A program made the position numbers and the translations under genes. From positions 300,001-332,000 of the forward strand of contig NC_014825.1 of NCBI RefSeq assembly GCF_000179635.2: a stretch of DNA of 32,000 nucleotides. Direction: 5' to 3'. Numbering within the stretch: the first letter of the stretch is position 1; every line of letters begins with the position of its first letter. Source of the DNA: Ruminococcus albus 7 = DSM 20455 (lineage in GTDB: Bacteria; Bacillota; Clostridia; Oscillospirales; Ruminococcaceae). The notes under the pieces are model-generated. The model did not search any database. It saw only the letters and a list, made by a program, of their open reading frames with translations, and was not told the origin of the DNA. Of the stretch, positions 8,600-15,695 are shown piece after piece.

Positions 8600-9160
8600 C
8601 TACGGATTAGCTACGACTACCATCGCATATCTGATGACCTTATCGCCTATCCTGTAGCCCTTCTGGAATACCTGAGCCACAACGTTCTCGCCAAGCTCGG
8701 GGTCTTCTATCTGGTTAACTGCATTTGCAATATTGGGGTCGAATACCTCGCCTACGGGGTCTATAGCTTCGATGCCAAGCTTTGCCATCGCATCGGTGAA
8801 CTGCTTGAATATCATCTCTATGCCCTGCTTGTAGGCTTCGTCCTGAGTTTCGGTACCCAGTGCTCTTTCAAAATTATCCAGCACAGGGAGTATGTCAGCC
8901 ACCGTATCAGCCTTTACCGAAGCTGATATATCCAGTCTTTCCTTAGCAGAACGCTTACGGAAGTTATCGTACTCAGCCATGAGCCTGAGGTACTTGTCCT
9001 TAGTATCGGCAAGTTCTGCTTTCAGCTTATCCTCCTCGCTCTGCTCAGTGCTTTCGTTATTCTCCTCATTCTCCGTTTCCTCAGGAGTATCAGCTGTATC
9101 CTCAGCCTCTTCCGTCAGTTCCTCTTCCAGCTCTTCCTTTATTTCTTCATCAAAAGCCAA
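8600..9160 (-). CDS. grpE: nucleotide exchange factor GrpE
   Basis: An acidic N-terminal tail is followed by KYLRLMAEYDNFRKR and a C-terminal beta domain. The only in-frame start near the 5' end is TTG at 9160, so the start codon is less certain than the gene call. Confidence 0.9.
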   Translation of the reverse strand: MAFDEEIKEELEEELTEEAEDTADTPEETENEENNESTEQSEEDKLKAELADTKDKYLRLMAEYDNFRKRSAKERLDISASVKADTVADILPVLDNFERALGTETQDEAYKQGIEMIFKQFTDAMAKLGIEAIDPVGEVFDPNIANAVNQIEDPELGENVVAQVFQKGYRIGDKVIRYAMVVVANP

Positions 9161-9178
9161 ATCCAGCGCCTGCCTTTC

Positions 9179-10192
9179 CTATTTGTCATCATTATCATCC
9201 TTCTCGGATATCAGGTCTGTTATCCTAGAAGTGAAGTACTCAAGATATGGTATGAATTTTGCGTAATCTATCCTCATGGGGCCTATAAGTCCCAGCGCAC
9301 CTGCCATTTGTCCGTCCTTTGAGAACGGTGCGGTTATCATCGAGGAATTGTGTATCACAAAGCCGTCCGTTTCAGGTGAGAACTTTACGTTCAGTCCTGA
9401 GAACGTGCCGTCAATGAAAGCCATGAGTTCCTTTTCATTATCAAGGAAAGATATTATCTCGCCCTGATCAAGATCCTTGCAGGTCAGCAGATTCTTCTGT
9501 CCTTTAAGGCTCACGCTCCTATCCAGCTCCTTTGTCATTTTAAGAAGCTCGGACACCAGCGGAGAAAGGGTCATCATGTAAGCGCCCATAGCCTCAGTGA
9601 GTTTTTCCATATTCGCATCGGATATCTCACTTATGGGAACACCGCTCAGGTTCTGCTTGACGAAGTTATCAAAGAACTCCAGCTGTTCATGTGTAAGGTC
9701 GAATTCCAGCCTGCACACCTTGTTCTTGATCTCGCCGTTCGAGGTTATCATAAGTATGACGTACATCCTCTTGCCTGTGGGTATTACCTCCACCTTGGAT
9801 ATCAGCGAGAACTTAGGTGTTGAGTTTGCCACAACCGTAGCACACTTTGTAAGCTCAGCCAGCGCAAGTGAAGCGCTCTCCACCAGATCCTTCTCCGTTA
9901 CGAAATCATCGGGCAGCATACTGTCGAGCTTTGTCTTTTCTTCCTCACTCAGAGGATCCTGTTCCATCAGCTTATCGACGTACAGCCTGTATCCCTTGTA
10001 GGTGGGCACACGTCCTGCCGATGTATGTGGCTGTTCAAGATAGCCCTGCTTTTCAAGCTCTGCCATCTCATTTCGTATGGTAGCGGAGGATGCCTTGACA
10101 TGAGCCATTATCGCCTTTGAGCCAACAGGCTCACCCGATACTATATATTCATCTACCACCGCAGATAATATTTTAAGTTTTCTGTCGTCCAT
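9179..10192 (-). CDS. hrcA: heat-inducible transcription repressor HrcA
   Basis: MDDRKLKILSAVVDEYIVSGEPVGSKAI.. is the winged-helix N-terminus. The gene is first in the hrcA-grpE-dnaK-dnaJ operon and has CIRCE upstream. Confidence 0.95.
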   Translation of the reverse strand: MDDRKLKILSAVVDEYIVSGEPVGSKAIMAHVKASSATIRNEMAELEKQGYLEQPHTSAGRVPTYKGYRLYVDKLMEQDPLSEEEKTKLDSMLPDDFVTEKDLVESASLALAELTKCATVVANSTPKFSLISKVEVIPTGKRMYVILMITSNGEIKNKVCRLEFDLTHEQLEFFDNFVKQNLSGVPISEISDANMEKLTEAMGAYMMTLSPLVSELLKMTKELDRSVSLKGQKNLLTCKDLDQGEIISFLDNEKELMAFIDGTFSGLNVKFSPETDGFVIHNSSMITAPFSKDGQMAGALGLIGPMRIDYAKFIPYLEYFTSRITDLISEKDDNDDK

Positions 10193-10226
10193 CAGCTCAC
10201 CGCCTTGCTTGCCCGTATCCGCGTGA

Positions 10227-10253
10227 TTAGCACTCGCGGCTTTCGGGTGTTAG
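10227..10253. promoter_or_regulatory. second, degenerate CIRCE-like element overlapping the perfect one
   Basis: TTAGCACTC (10227-10235), a 9-nt spacer, then GGGTGTTAG (10245-10253). The right arm matches 6 of 9 positions of GAGTGCTAA. Confidence 0.4.
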
Positions 10254-10276
10254 CACTCATTCTCTTTGAGTGCTAA
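10250..10276. promoter_or_regulatory. CIRCE operator (HrcA binding site), perfect consensus
   Basis: TTAGCACTC (10250-10258), a 9-nt spacer, then GAGTGCTAA (10268-10276). Confidence 0.95.
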
Positions 10277-10280
10277 GTAT

Positions 10281-10309
10281 AGTTTAAACCTTTTTCTCCA
10301 TTTTGTCAA
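10281..10309 (-). promoter_or_regulatory. sigma-A promoter of the hrcA operon
   Basis: Minus strand reads TTGACA (10309-10304), a 17-nt spacer, then TAAACT (10286-10281). CIRCE begins 4 nt downstream. Confidence 0.6.
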
Positions 10310-10403
10310 GACCTTTGGGAATTTATTTTCACCAAACTTGTAAAATGCTCAGGGAGCATATTGTACACATTAAACAATTCATCACACTATATATTATATC
10401 CCG

Positions 10404-10492
10404 ACAAAAAAAGACTGCCGAGATGATCGGCAGCCTCTCAAAGGGGTATGAGTTTTGAAAGCATGAACTATCCGGATCCAAAACTTTCAAAC
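10404..10492 (-). ncRNA. candidate small non-coding RNA (~88 nt) with its own promoter and terminator
   Basis: Minus strand reads TTGACA (10527-10522), a 17-nt spacer, then TATTAT (10504-10499). The predicted transcript has a 5' hairpin (UUUGAAAG..CUUUCAAA, with palindromic AUCCGGAU in the loop). It ends in the terminator GGCTGCCGA-TCATC-TCGGCAGTC followed by TTTTTTT (10436-10404). No plausible ORF is present. Confidence 0.45.
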
Positions 10493-10577
10493 AGTTATAT
10501 AATATACTATTTTACAGGTTTTGTCAAGCCATCAGGAATAATTTCCCCCCTTACCGCATACCACAGGAAAACCTGAA

Positions 10578-10609
10578 ATAAAAAGGGCTGCCGAAATTAA
10601 CGACAGCCT
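10578..10609 (-). terminator. intrinsic terminator of the membrane-protein gene
   Basis: Minus strand reads GGCTG-TCGTTAATTTCGG-CAGCC followed by CTTTTTATTT. Confidence 0.5.
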
Positions 10610-10625
10610 ATTTATCATATATTAT

Positions 10626-11099
10626 TCATTTTCTTCCCTCGGGTGGTCTGCCGGTGATGCCGTACTTTTTAAGTATCATCCGCATATAATTATCCCCAAC
10701 AAGGAAAACGATCAGGTAAGCCACGATAAAGCTTATCACCATAGACTTTCCCCACATTATTATATAAGGAGGTCTGTGTGCTATGGGGATCTTGAAGAAG
10801 TTTATGGTCACCATTGCTGTGGTTATAACAGGCGTATAGATAAGGTCTGATACAAAGCTGCCTACCGTTCTGCGACCCATAGGGCTTTTCACACCGACTT
10901 TTTCGCACGCACTGTCTTCCGCCTTCTTTATTGGTACGATACATCCTATAACAAGGCTTATCACCAGGCTTTCAAGAAAGCTTACAAGAAATGCCGCAGG
11001 TGTGAAGCTCCCCGAAGTGAAGGTGCCAACAAATGACAGGCAAAGGCTAAGGGTGACACCCATCATTATACTCATACTCATCTTTATCTTTTTTTCCAT
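10626..11099 (-). CDS. small integral membrane protein of unknown function (about 4 TM)
   Basis: ORF is trimmed to ATG 11099 (MEKKIKMSMSIMMGV..), which follows GGGGGA. It has four hydrophobic segments and I recognise no family with confidence. Confidence 0.6.
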   Translation of the reverse strand: MEKKIKMSMSIMMGVTLSLCLSFVGTFTSGSFTPAAFLVSFLESLVISLVIGCIVPIKKAEDSACEKVGVKSPMGRRTVGSFVSDLIYTPVITTAMVTINFFKIPIAHRPPYIIMWGKSMVISFIVAYLIVFLVGDNYMRMILKKYGITGRPPEGRK

Positions 11100-11244
11100 C
11101 GATCGTTCCCCCAATTTATCATACAGATAAAATACTATCTAATAATATTACATTTTTTTTACATAAAGTCAAGCGTATTTTTATTTTTCGTTTATTTTGA
11201 CAATTTTTGACCAATACTTCAATGCGTTTTGACCAAAAATTCGC

Positions 11245-11273
11245 TTGACTTTTTTGGTGATATATTGTATAAT
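11245..11273 (+). promoter_or_regulatory. sigma-A promoter for pyk
   Basis: TTGACT (11245-11250), a 17-nt spacer, then TATAAT (11268-11273). Confidence 0.55.
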
Positions 11274-11408
11274 GAATTTGATTTTTAAATTTTACCGATC
11301 ATGCAAATGCTGTTTCATAATATTGCATCGTTTCGGAAAAAGGCCAACAATACCGATCTCCGCAGCCATGCGGCAGTGTTTGTTTTTTATTGACAGGAGT
11401 CTGATAAT

Positions 11409-12827
11409 ATGCGTAAAACCAAGATAGTATGCACCATAGGTCCCGCTACGGATGACGAGAACATCCTCAGGGATATGATGAAGAACGGCATGGATGTTGC
11501 CCGTTTCAATTTTTCACATTCCGAGCATTCCATTCACCAGCAGAGATTTGAGACCATAACCCGTCTGCGCGACGAAATGGGACTTAATATAGCCACACTG
11601 ATGGACACAAAGGGTCCTGAGATAAGGCTCAGGGATTTCAAGGATCACAAGCCTGTGACGATCAATGACGGCGATATGTTCACCCTGACCACAAGAGATG
11701 TGGAAGGCGACAATACTATCTGTTCCATAACCTTCCCAAAACTGCCCCAGGATATCACCACAGGCACAAGGATACTCATAAACGACGGTGTGATCGAGCT
11801 GAAAGCCGTTAAGATAGATTCCACAGATATACAGTGCGAGGTCATACACGGCGGCGTGGTATCAGACCACAAGGGTATCAACGTACCGGGAGTTAAGCTT
11901 TCAATGCCCTATATATCCGATGCGGATATGGCTGACCTTGCCTTCGGTGCGAAGATGGGCTTTGATTTCATCGCGGCATCATTCGTAAGGACCGGTGCTG
12001 ACGTTACATATCTGAGAAAATTCACCCAGAGTCTCGGCTGGTTCAATCCGAGGATAATCGCAAAGATAGAGAACGCCGAGGGTGTTGAGAACATTGACGA
12101 GATACTTGAAGCCGCTGACGGCATAATGGTAGCAAGAGGCGACATGGGTGTTGAGATACCTTTCGAGAATATACCTGCAATACAGAAAGAGCTTATACAC
12201 AAGGCTTACAATGCAGGCAAGCAGGTCATCACTGCAACACAGATGCTGGAATCCATGATAAACAATCCCAGACCTACACGTGCGGAGATAACCGACGTAG
12301 CAAATGCTATATATGACGGAACTTCGGCAATAATGCTCTCGGGTGAGACAGCAGCAGGCAAATATCCTGTTGAGGTAGTAAAGACCATGAGCCTTATAGC
12401 TGAGACCACCGAGGGAGATATCGACTACGTGCGCCGTTTCCAGAAGCGTGATGATATCGACCACCCCAGTATAACAGACGCTATCTGCCACGCTACAGTC
12501 ACCACAGCCCACGACCTTAAAGCGGCTGCCATACTGACAGTTACCAAGAGTGGTGCTACAGCACGTATACTTTCAAAGTACAGACCCGATTGTCCCATAA
12601 TAGGACTGACCACTGACTCCGTTACCTGCCACCAGATGAATATGTCATGGGGCGTTCTTCCGGGTCTTGTTGATGAAATGGACAACACCGATGAGCTTAT
12701 CTCCCGCGCCATAAGAGTCGCACTGGAAAAGGGCTACATCAAGGAAGGTGACCTGGTAGTAATCACAGCAGGAGTACCCCTCGGTATAAGCGGCACAACC
12801 AACCTGATGAAAGTAGAACGCGCCTAG
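11409..12827 (+). CDS. pyk: pyruvate kinase
   Basis: MRKTKIVCTIGPA.., MVARGDMGVEIP and ESMI..PRPTRAE are present. At 472 aa it has no PEP-utilizer extension. AGGAG lies upstream of the ATG. Confidence 0.97.
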   Translation: MRKTKIVCTIGPATDDENILRDMMKNGMDVARFNFSHSEHSIHQQRFETITRLRDEMGLNIATLMDTKGPEIRLRDFKDHKPVTINDGDMFTLTTRDVEGDNTICSITFPKLPQDITTGTRILINDGVIELKAVKIDSTDIQCEVIHGGVVSDHKGINVPGVKLSMPYISDADMADLAFGAKMGFDFIAASFVRTGADVTYLRKFTQSLGWFNPRIIAKIENAEGVENIDEILEAADGIMVARGDMGVEIPFENIPAIQKELIHKAYNAGKQVITATQMLESMINNPRPTRAEITDVANAIYDGTSAIMLSGETAAGKYPVEVVKTMSLIAETTEGDIDYVRRFQKRDDIDHPSITDAICHATVTTAHDLKAAAILTVTKSGATARILSKYRPDCPIIGLTTDSVTCHQMNMSWGVLPGLVDEMDNTDELISRAIRVALEKGYIKEGDLVVITAGVPLGISGTTNLMKVERA

Positions 12828-13106
12828 CCCTCGCGCGGGCACGCAACACGTCACTTACAAAGCTAGTACGGTAAGTTTGTTTCTCGGTGCCCTTTGAAGC
12901 TTGCAAACAAACACAGCTGCCCTAGCCAGGGTCGCCGACACGTCACCAACATTGTTATGACGGGCAGTATGTTTCTCGGTGCCCTTTGAAGCTCGCAAAC
13001 AAACACAGCTGCCCTAGCCCGGGGCGCCGACACGTCACCAACATTGTTATGACGGGCAGTTTGTTTCTCGGTAGCCTTTTAAGCTTTGAGATCAATCGCA
13101 GCTGTC
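12823..13106 (+). repeat. tandem array (about 3 units, 92-nt period) of the intergenic repeat family, locus B
   Basis: ACACGTCAC occurs at 12846, 12938 and 13030. The core (G)GGCAGT(T/A)TGTTTCTCGGT(G/A)CC appears in each unit. CCTAG occurs at 12823, 12921 and 13013, and the first CCTAG contains the pyk TAG stop (12825-12827). Confidence 0.92.
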
Positions 13107-13148
13107 ATCGTGCGGACGTTCCCACAGCAGGAGTAAAAGAATACAAGT

Positions 13149-13208
13149 AAACTGCCAATGAAGCAGAGTGCGCTGTCGAGCCAAACCTTTAGCTTCATTG
13201 GCAGTTTT
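13149..13208 (+). terminator. intrinsic terminator downstream of pyk and the repeat array
   Basis: AAACTGCCAATGAAGC (13149-13164) pairs with GCTTCATTGGCAGTTT (13192-13207) as a 16-bp stem ending in a T-run. Confidence 0.65.
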
Positions 13209-13255
13209 GCATCTGTCTCATCCTGACAGCAGATATCCTGTTGCAGGATTCAGGG

Positions 13256-13284
13256 TTGACATTTCTGCTGTTTTGTTATATTAT
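13256..13284 (+). promoter_or_regulatory. sigma-A promoter for murT-gatD
   Basis: TTGACA (13256-13261), a 17-nt spacer, then TATTAT (13279-13284). Confidence 0.5.
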
Positions 13285-13290
13285 AGTATA

Positions 13291-13424
13291 GGTCTGCCGA
13301 TTCAGGAGTGTACAGCTTTGTTCCACAGGCAGACAAAGACGGCGTGATTACAGCTGTACACGGACGGCTGATACATTTATCCGTTCTTCACCGCCGTACT
13401 ATATTTATTATTGGAGTACGTATA
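13291..13424 (+). promoter_or_regulatory. structured 5' leader of murT-gatD (interleaved inverted repeats plus an RBS-pairing hairpin)
   Basis: GTCTGCC (13292-13298) pairs with GGCAGAC (13328-13334). This is interleaved with GTGTACAGCT (13308-13317) pairing with AGCTGTACAC (13352-13361). CGTACT (13395-13400) pairs with AGTACG (13415-13420), next to the GGAG of the RBS. Confidence 0.4.
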
Positions 13425-14771
13425 ATGAGTTTGAAAAATACGCTGACCATCTGGTTCGGCAAATTAATGGTCAAAACACTTCGCCTGCTTGGCAGGGATG
13501 CAGGCAACGCGCCGGGTCTTGTACTGTGGGAGCTGAATAAGGACTGCCTGAAAGCCTTCAAGGTTGACTGCCCCATAATCGCGGTAACAGGCACTAACGG
13601 CAAGACTTCGGTCACAAACTACCTGAACCACATCTTTGAAAGCACAGGCAAAAAAATAATCACAAATAAACAGGGTAATAATCTGGACACAGGCATAACT
13701 TCCCTGCTTTTGCAGAACTGTGATATGAAAGGCAGAGTAAAGGCAGATTATCTTGTGCTTGAAGTTGACGAGAGCCATGTGCCCGTCATATTCTCCAAGA
13801 TGAAGCTTGAGACCCTGGTACTGCTGAACTTCTTCCGTGACCAGCTGGACAGGAACGGTGAAGTGGAAACGCTTATACTCAAGGTTAAGAAATTCCTTGA
13901 AACTTACGAGGGCAACGTGGTACTCAATGCCGATGACCCAAACGTTTCCCGTCTTGGACTTGCAAACCCGAACAACAAGAATATCTACTATTTCAGTGTT
14001 GACCGCTATGCAGGTGCTACCGATAAGCCCTACGAAGTGGGTGAGGGTAAGTTCTGTCCTTCCTGCGGGACCGAGCTTGTGTATGACTACTATCAGTATT
14101 CACACGTCGGAAAGTTCCGCTGCCCCAAATGCGGATTCGGTGATGTAAAACCGTATATGACTGCAAAGAACGTTAAGCTGGACGTGCCCTCTGTTGAATT
14201 CGAGGGTGAGGAGTACAAGATCTCACACAACAGCATATACTACGTTTACAATCTCTCGGCTGTATACACAGCAGCCAGCCTTTACAACTTTGATAAAAAG
14301 GTGCTTCACGAAACCTTTGAGAAGTTTGAAGTAAACAACGGCAGACTTGAAAAGTTCAGCGTGGACGGCAGTGAGCTGCTGGTAAACCTTGCCAAGAATC
14401 CTGTTGGCGCCAATATGACACTGAGAGTTATGAACGAGCACAACGACGATAAGGAGCTGCTTTTTGTCCTCAACGATAACCTTGCCGACGGTCATGACGT
14501 ATCGTGGATATGGGATATAAATTTCTCGGTATTCAAGGATGTTTCGAGAGTTGTCACAAGCGGCACAAGGGCATACGATATCGCAATAAGGATAAAATGC
14601 TCGGGCTACGACCCCGATAAGATAGTTGTCAGACCCGATCTTGATGATGCTATGGACGAGTTCTTCAAAAACAAGGGCTGCAAGTATGCCATAGCAAATT
14701 ATACCGCCATACAGCCCACACGTGCGGCTATAAAGCGATACAAAGCAAAAGCGGAAGGAGGTCAGGGATAA
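13425..14771 (+). CDS. murT: lipid II isoglutaminyl synthase subunit MurT (Mur-ligase-like, DUF1727 C-terminus)
   Basis: ORF 13308..14771 is trimmed to ATG 13425 (MSLKNTLTIWFGK..), which follows GGAG. It has the P-loop VTGTNGKTS, the Cys4 ribbon CPSCG..CPKCG and the C-terminal DVSWIWD motif. Confidence 0.9.
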   Translation: MSLKNTLTIWFGKLMVKTLRLLGRDAGNAPGLVLWELNKDCLKAFKVDCPIIAVTGTNGKTSVTNYLNHIFESTGKKIITNKQGNNLDTGITSLLLQNCDMKGRVKADYLVLEVDESHVPVIFSKMKLETLVLLNFFRDQLDRNGEVETLILKVKKFLETYEGNVVLNADDPNVSRLGLANPNNKNIYYFSVDRYAGATDKPYEVGEGKFCPSCGTELVYDYYQYSHVGKFRCPKCGFGDVKPYMTAKNVKLDVPSVEFEGEEYKISHNSIYYVYNLSAVYTAASLYNFDKKVLHETFEKFEVNNGRLEKFSVDGSELLVNLAKNPVGANMTLRVMNEHNDDKELLFVLNDNLADGHDVSWIWDINFSVFKDVSRVVTSGTRAYDIAIRIKCSGYDPDKIVVRPDLDDAMDEFFKNKGCKYAIANYTAIQPTRAAIKRYKAKAEGGQG

Positions 14772-15511
14772 TGGAAAAGCTGAAGATACTGCATATGTAC
14801 CCTGCCATGCTGGACCTTTACGGTGACAGCGGAAATGTTGAGATACTTTCCTACCGATGCAGGATGCGCGGCATAGAAACAGAAGTGATAAAACACGATC
14901 TCGGTGACAGGGACACTGATTTTTCGGGCGTTGATATAGTATACCTGGGCGGCGGTGCCGACTTTGAACAGCAGCTGCTTGCTGATGATCTGCTGGGACT
15001 TAAAGATGAGATACGCAAAGCTTACGAAAGCGGAGTATACTTCCTGATGATATGCGGCGGCTACCAGCTTATGGGACAATACTACAAGGACTCCAACGGC
15101 AAGAAGATACCCGGTCTGGGACTATTCGATTATTATACTGCAGCATCCACCAACAAGCGCGAAAGATGCATAGGCAACATAGTGGTCGAAGCTGATCTCA
15201 GCGGCGAAAAATACAAGGTCATAGGCTTTGAGAACCACGGCGGACAGACAACTAATGTTACCTCGCCTTTCGGAAAAGTCCTGGCAGGCAACGGCAACGA
15301 ATTTTCCAGCACCACTGAGGGCTACACCGAGAAAAATGTGACCGCCACCTATCTTCACGGGCCTCTACTTTCCAAGAACCCGAAGCTGGCAGATCACATA
15401 ATATCCTACTGCATGACAAGAAAGACAGGTACAGACTATGTCCCTGCACCTATAAATGACAAGCTTGAGGAGGACTGCCGCAGTCAGCTGTTTGAAAGAC
15501 TGCTGAAATAG
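14771..15511 (+). CDS. gatD: lipid II isoglutaminyl synthase glutaminase subunit GatD (CobQ-type GATase)
   Basis: MEKLKILHMYPAMLDLYGDSGN.., catalytic Cys in MICGGYQLMG and YLHGP are present. The ATG overlaps the murT TAA by 1 nt, implying translational coupling. Confidence 0.9.
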   Translation: MEKLKILHMYPAMLDLYGDSGNVEILSYRCRMRGIETEVIKHDLGDRDTDFSGVDIVYLGGGADFEQQLLADDLLGLKDEIRKAYESGVYFLMICGGYQLMGQYYKDSNGKKIPGLGLFDYYTAASTNKRERCIGNIVVEADLSGEKYKVIGFENHGGQTTNVTSPFGKVLAGNGNEFSSTTEGYTEKNVTATYLHGPLLSKNPKLADHIISYCMTRKTGTDYVPAPINDKLEEDCRSQLFERLLK

Positions 15512-15524
15512 CAAGGAGTATGCT

Positions 15525-15695
15525 ATGTTCCATTTTTTCAGGAAAAGATCCGCAGATAATGAGCCTGCGCTGAAAAAGCGGATACAGGCTATGAAGTGCC
15601 GCAAGATCAATTTTGTGGATGATGATTTTGAGGGCTTGTGCAGAGATATGAAAACAGGCTGCAAGCCGCTTATGCGCCTGAAGCCTGTTAATTAG
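15525..15695 (+). pseudogene. 5' fragment (56 codons) of a small gene interrupted by the IS element
   Basis: AAGGAG lies 6 nt upstream of ATG 15525. The frame runs into a TAG created by the IS end (15693-15695). Confidence 0.7.

Noticed and set aside
11371-11392. The GGCAGTGTTTGTTTTTT string in the pyk leader resembles the GGGCAGTTTGTTTCTCGG core of the repeat family.
   Set aside because: The match is only about 12 nt and none of the other repeat cores is present, so it is compatible with chance in an AT-rich leader.
12823-13106. CRISPR array as an interpretation of the 92-nt repeats (also at 1184-1412).
   Set aside because: The whole 92-nt unit repeats, including the would-be spacers, which are similar within a locus. 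There is no alternation of 25-40-nt repeats with unique spacers, and no cas genes are in the window.
13352-13400. Glutamine riboswitch in the murT leader, prompted by ACGGACGG and CCGTTCTTCACC strings that recall the glnA RNA.
   Set aside because: The order and context of the strings do not match the glnA-RNA architecture as I remember it. That class is known from cyanobacteria and marine taxa. The region is kept only as an unclassified structured leader.
15690-15693. Alternative reading of AATT as part of the IS inverted repeat, meaning no target duplication.
   Set aside because: AATT is palindromic, so the sequence alone is ambiguous. Only the duplication model restores a continuous 121-codon frame across the junction. 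The other model gives a stop after 3 codons.
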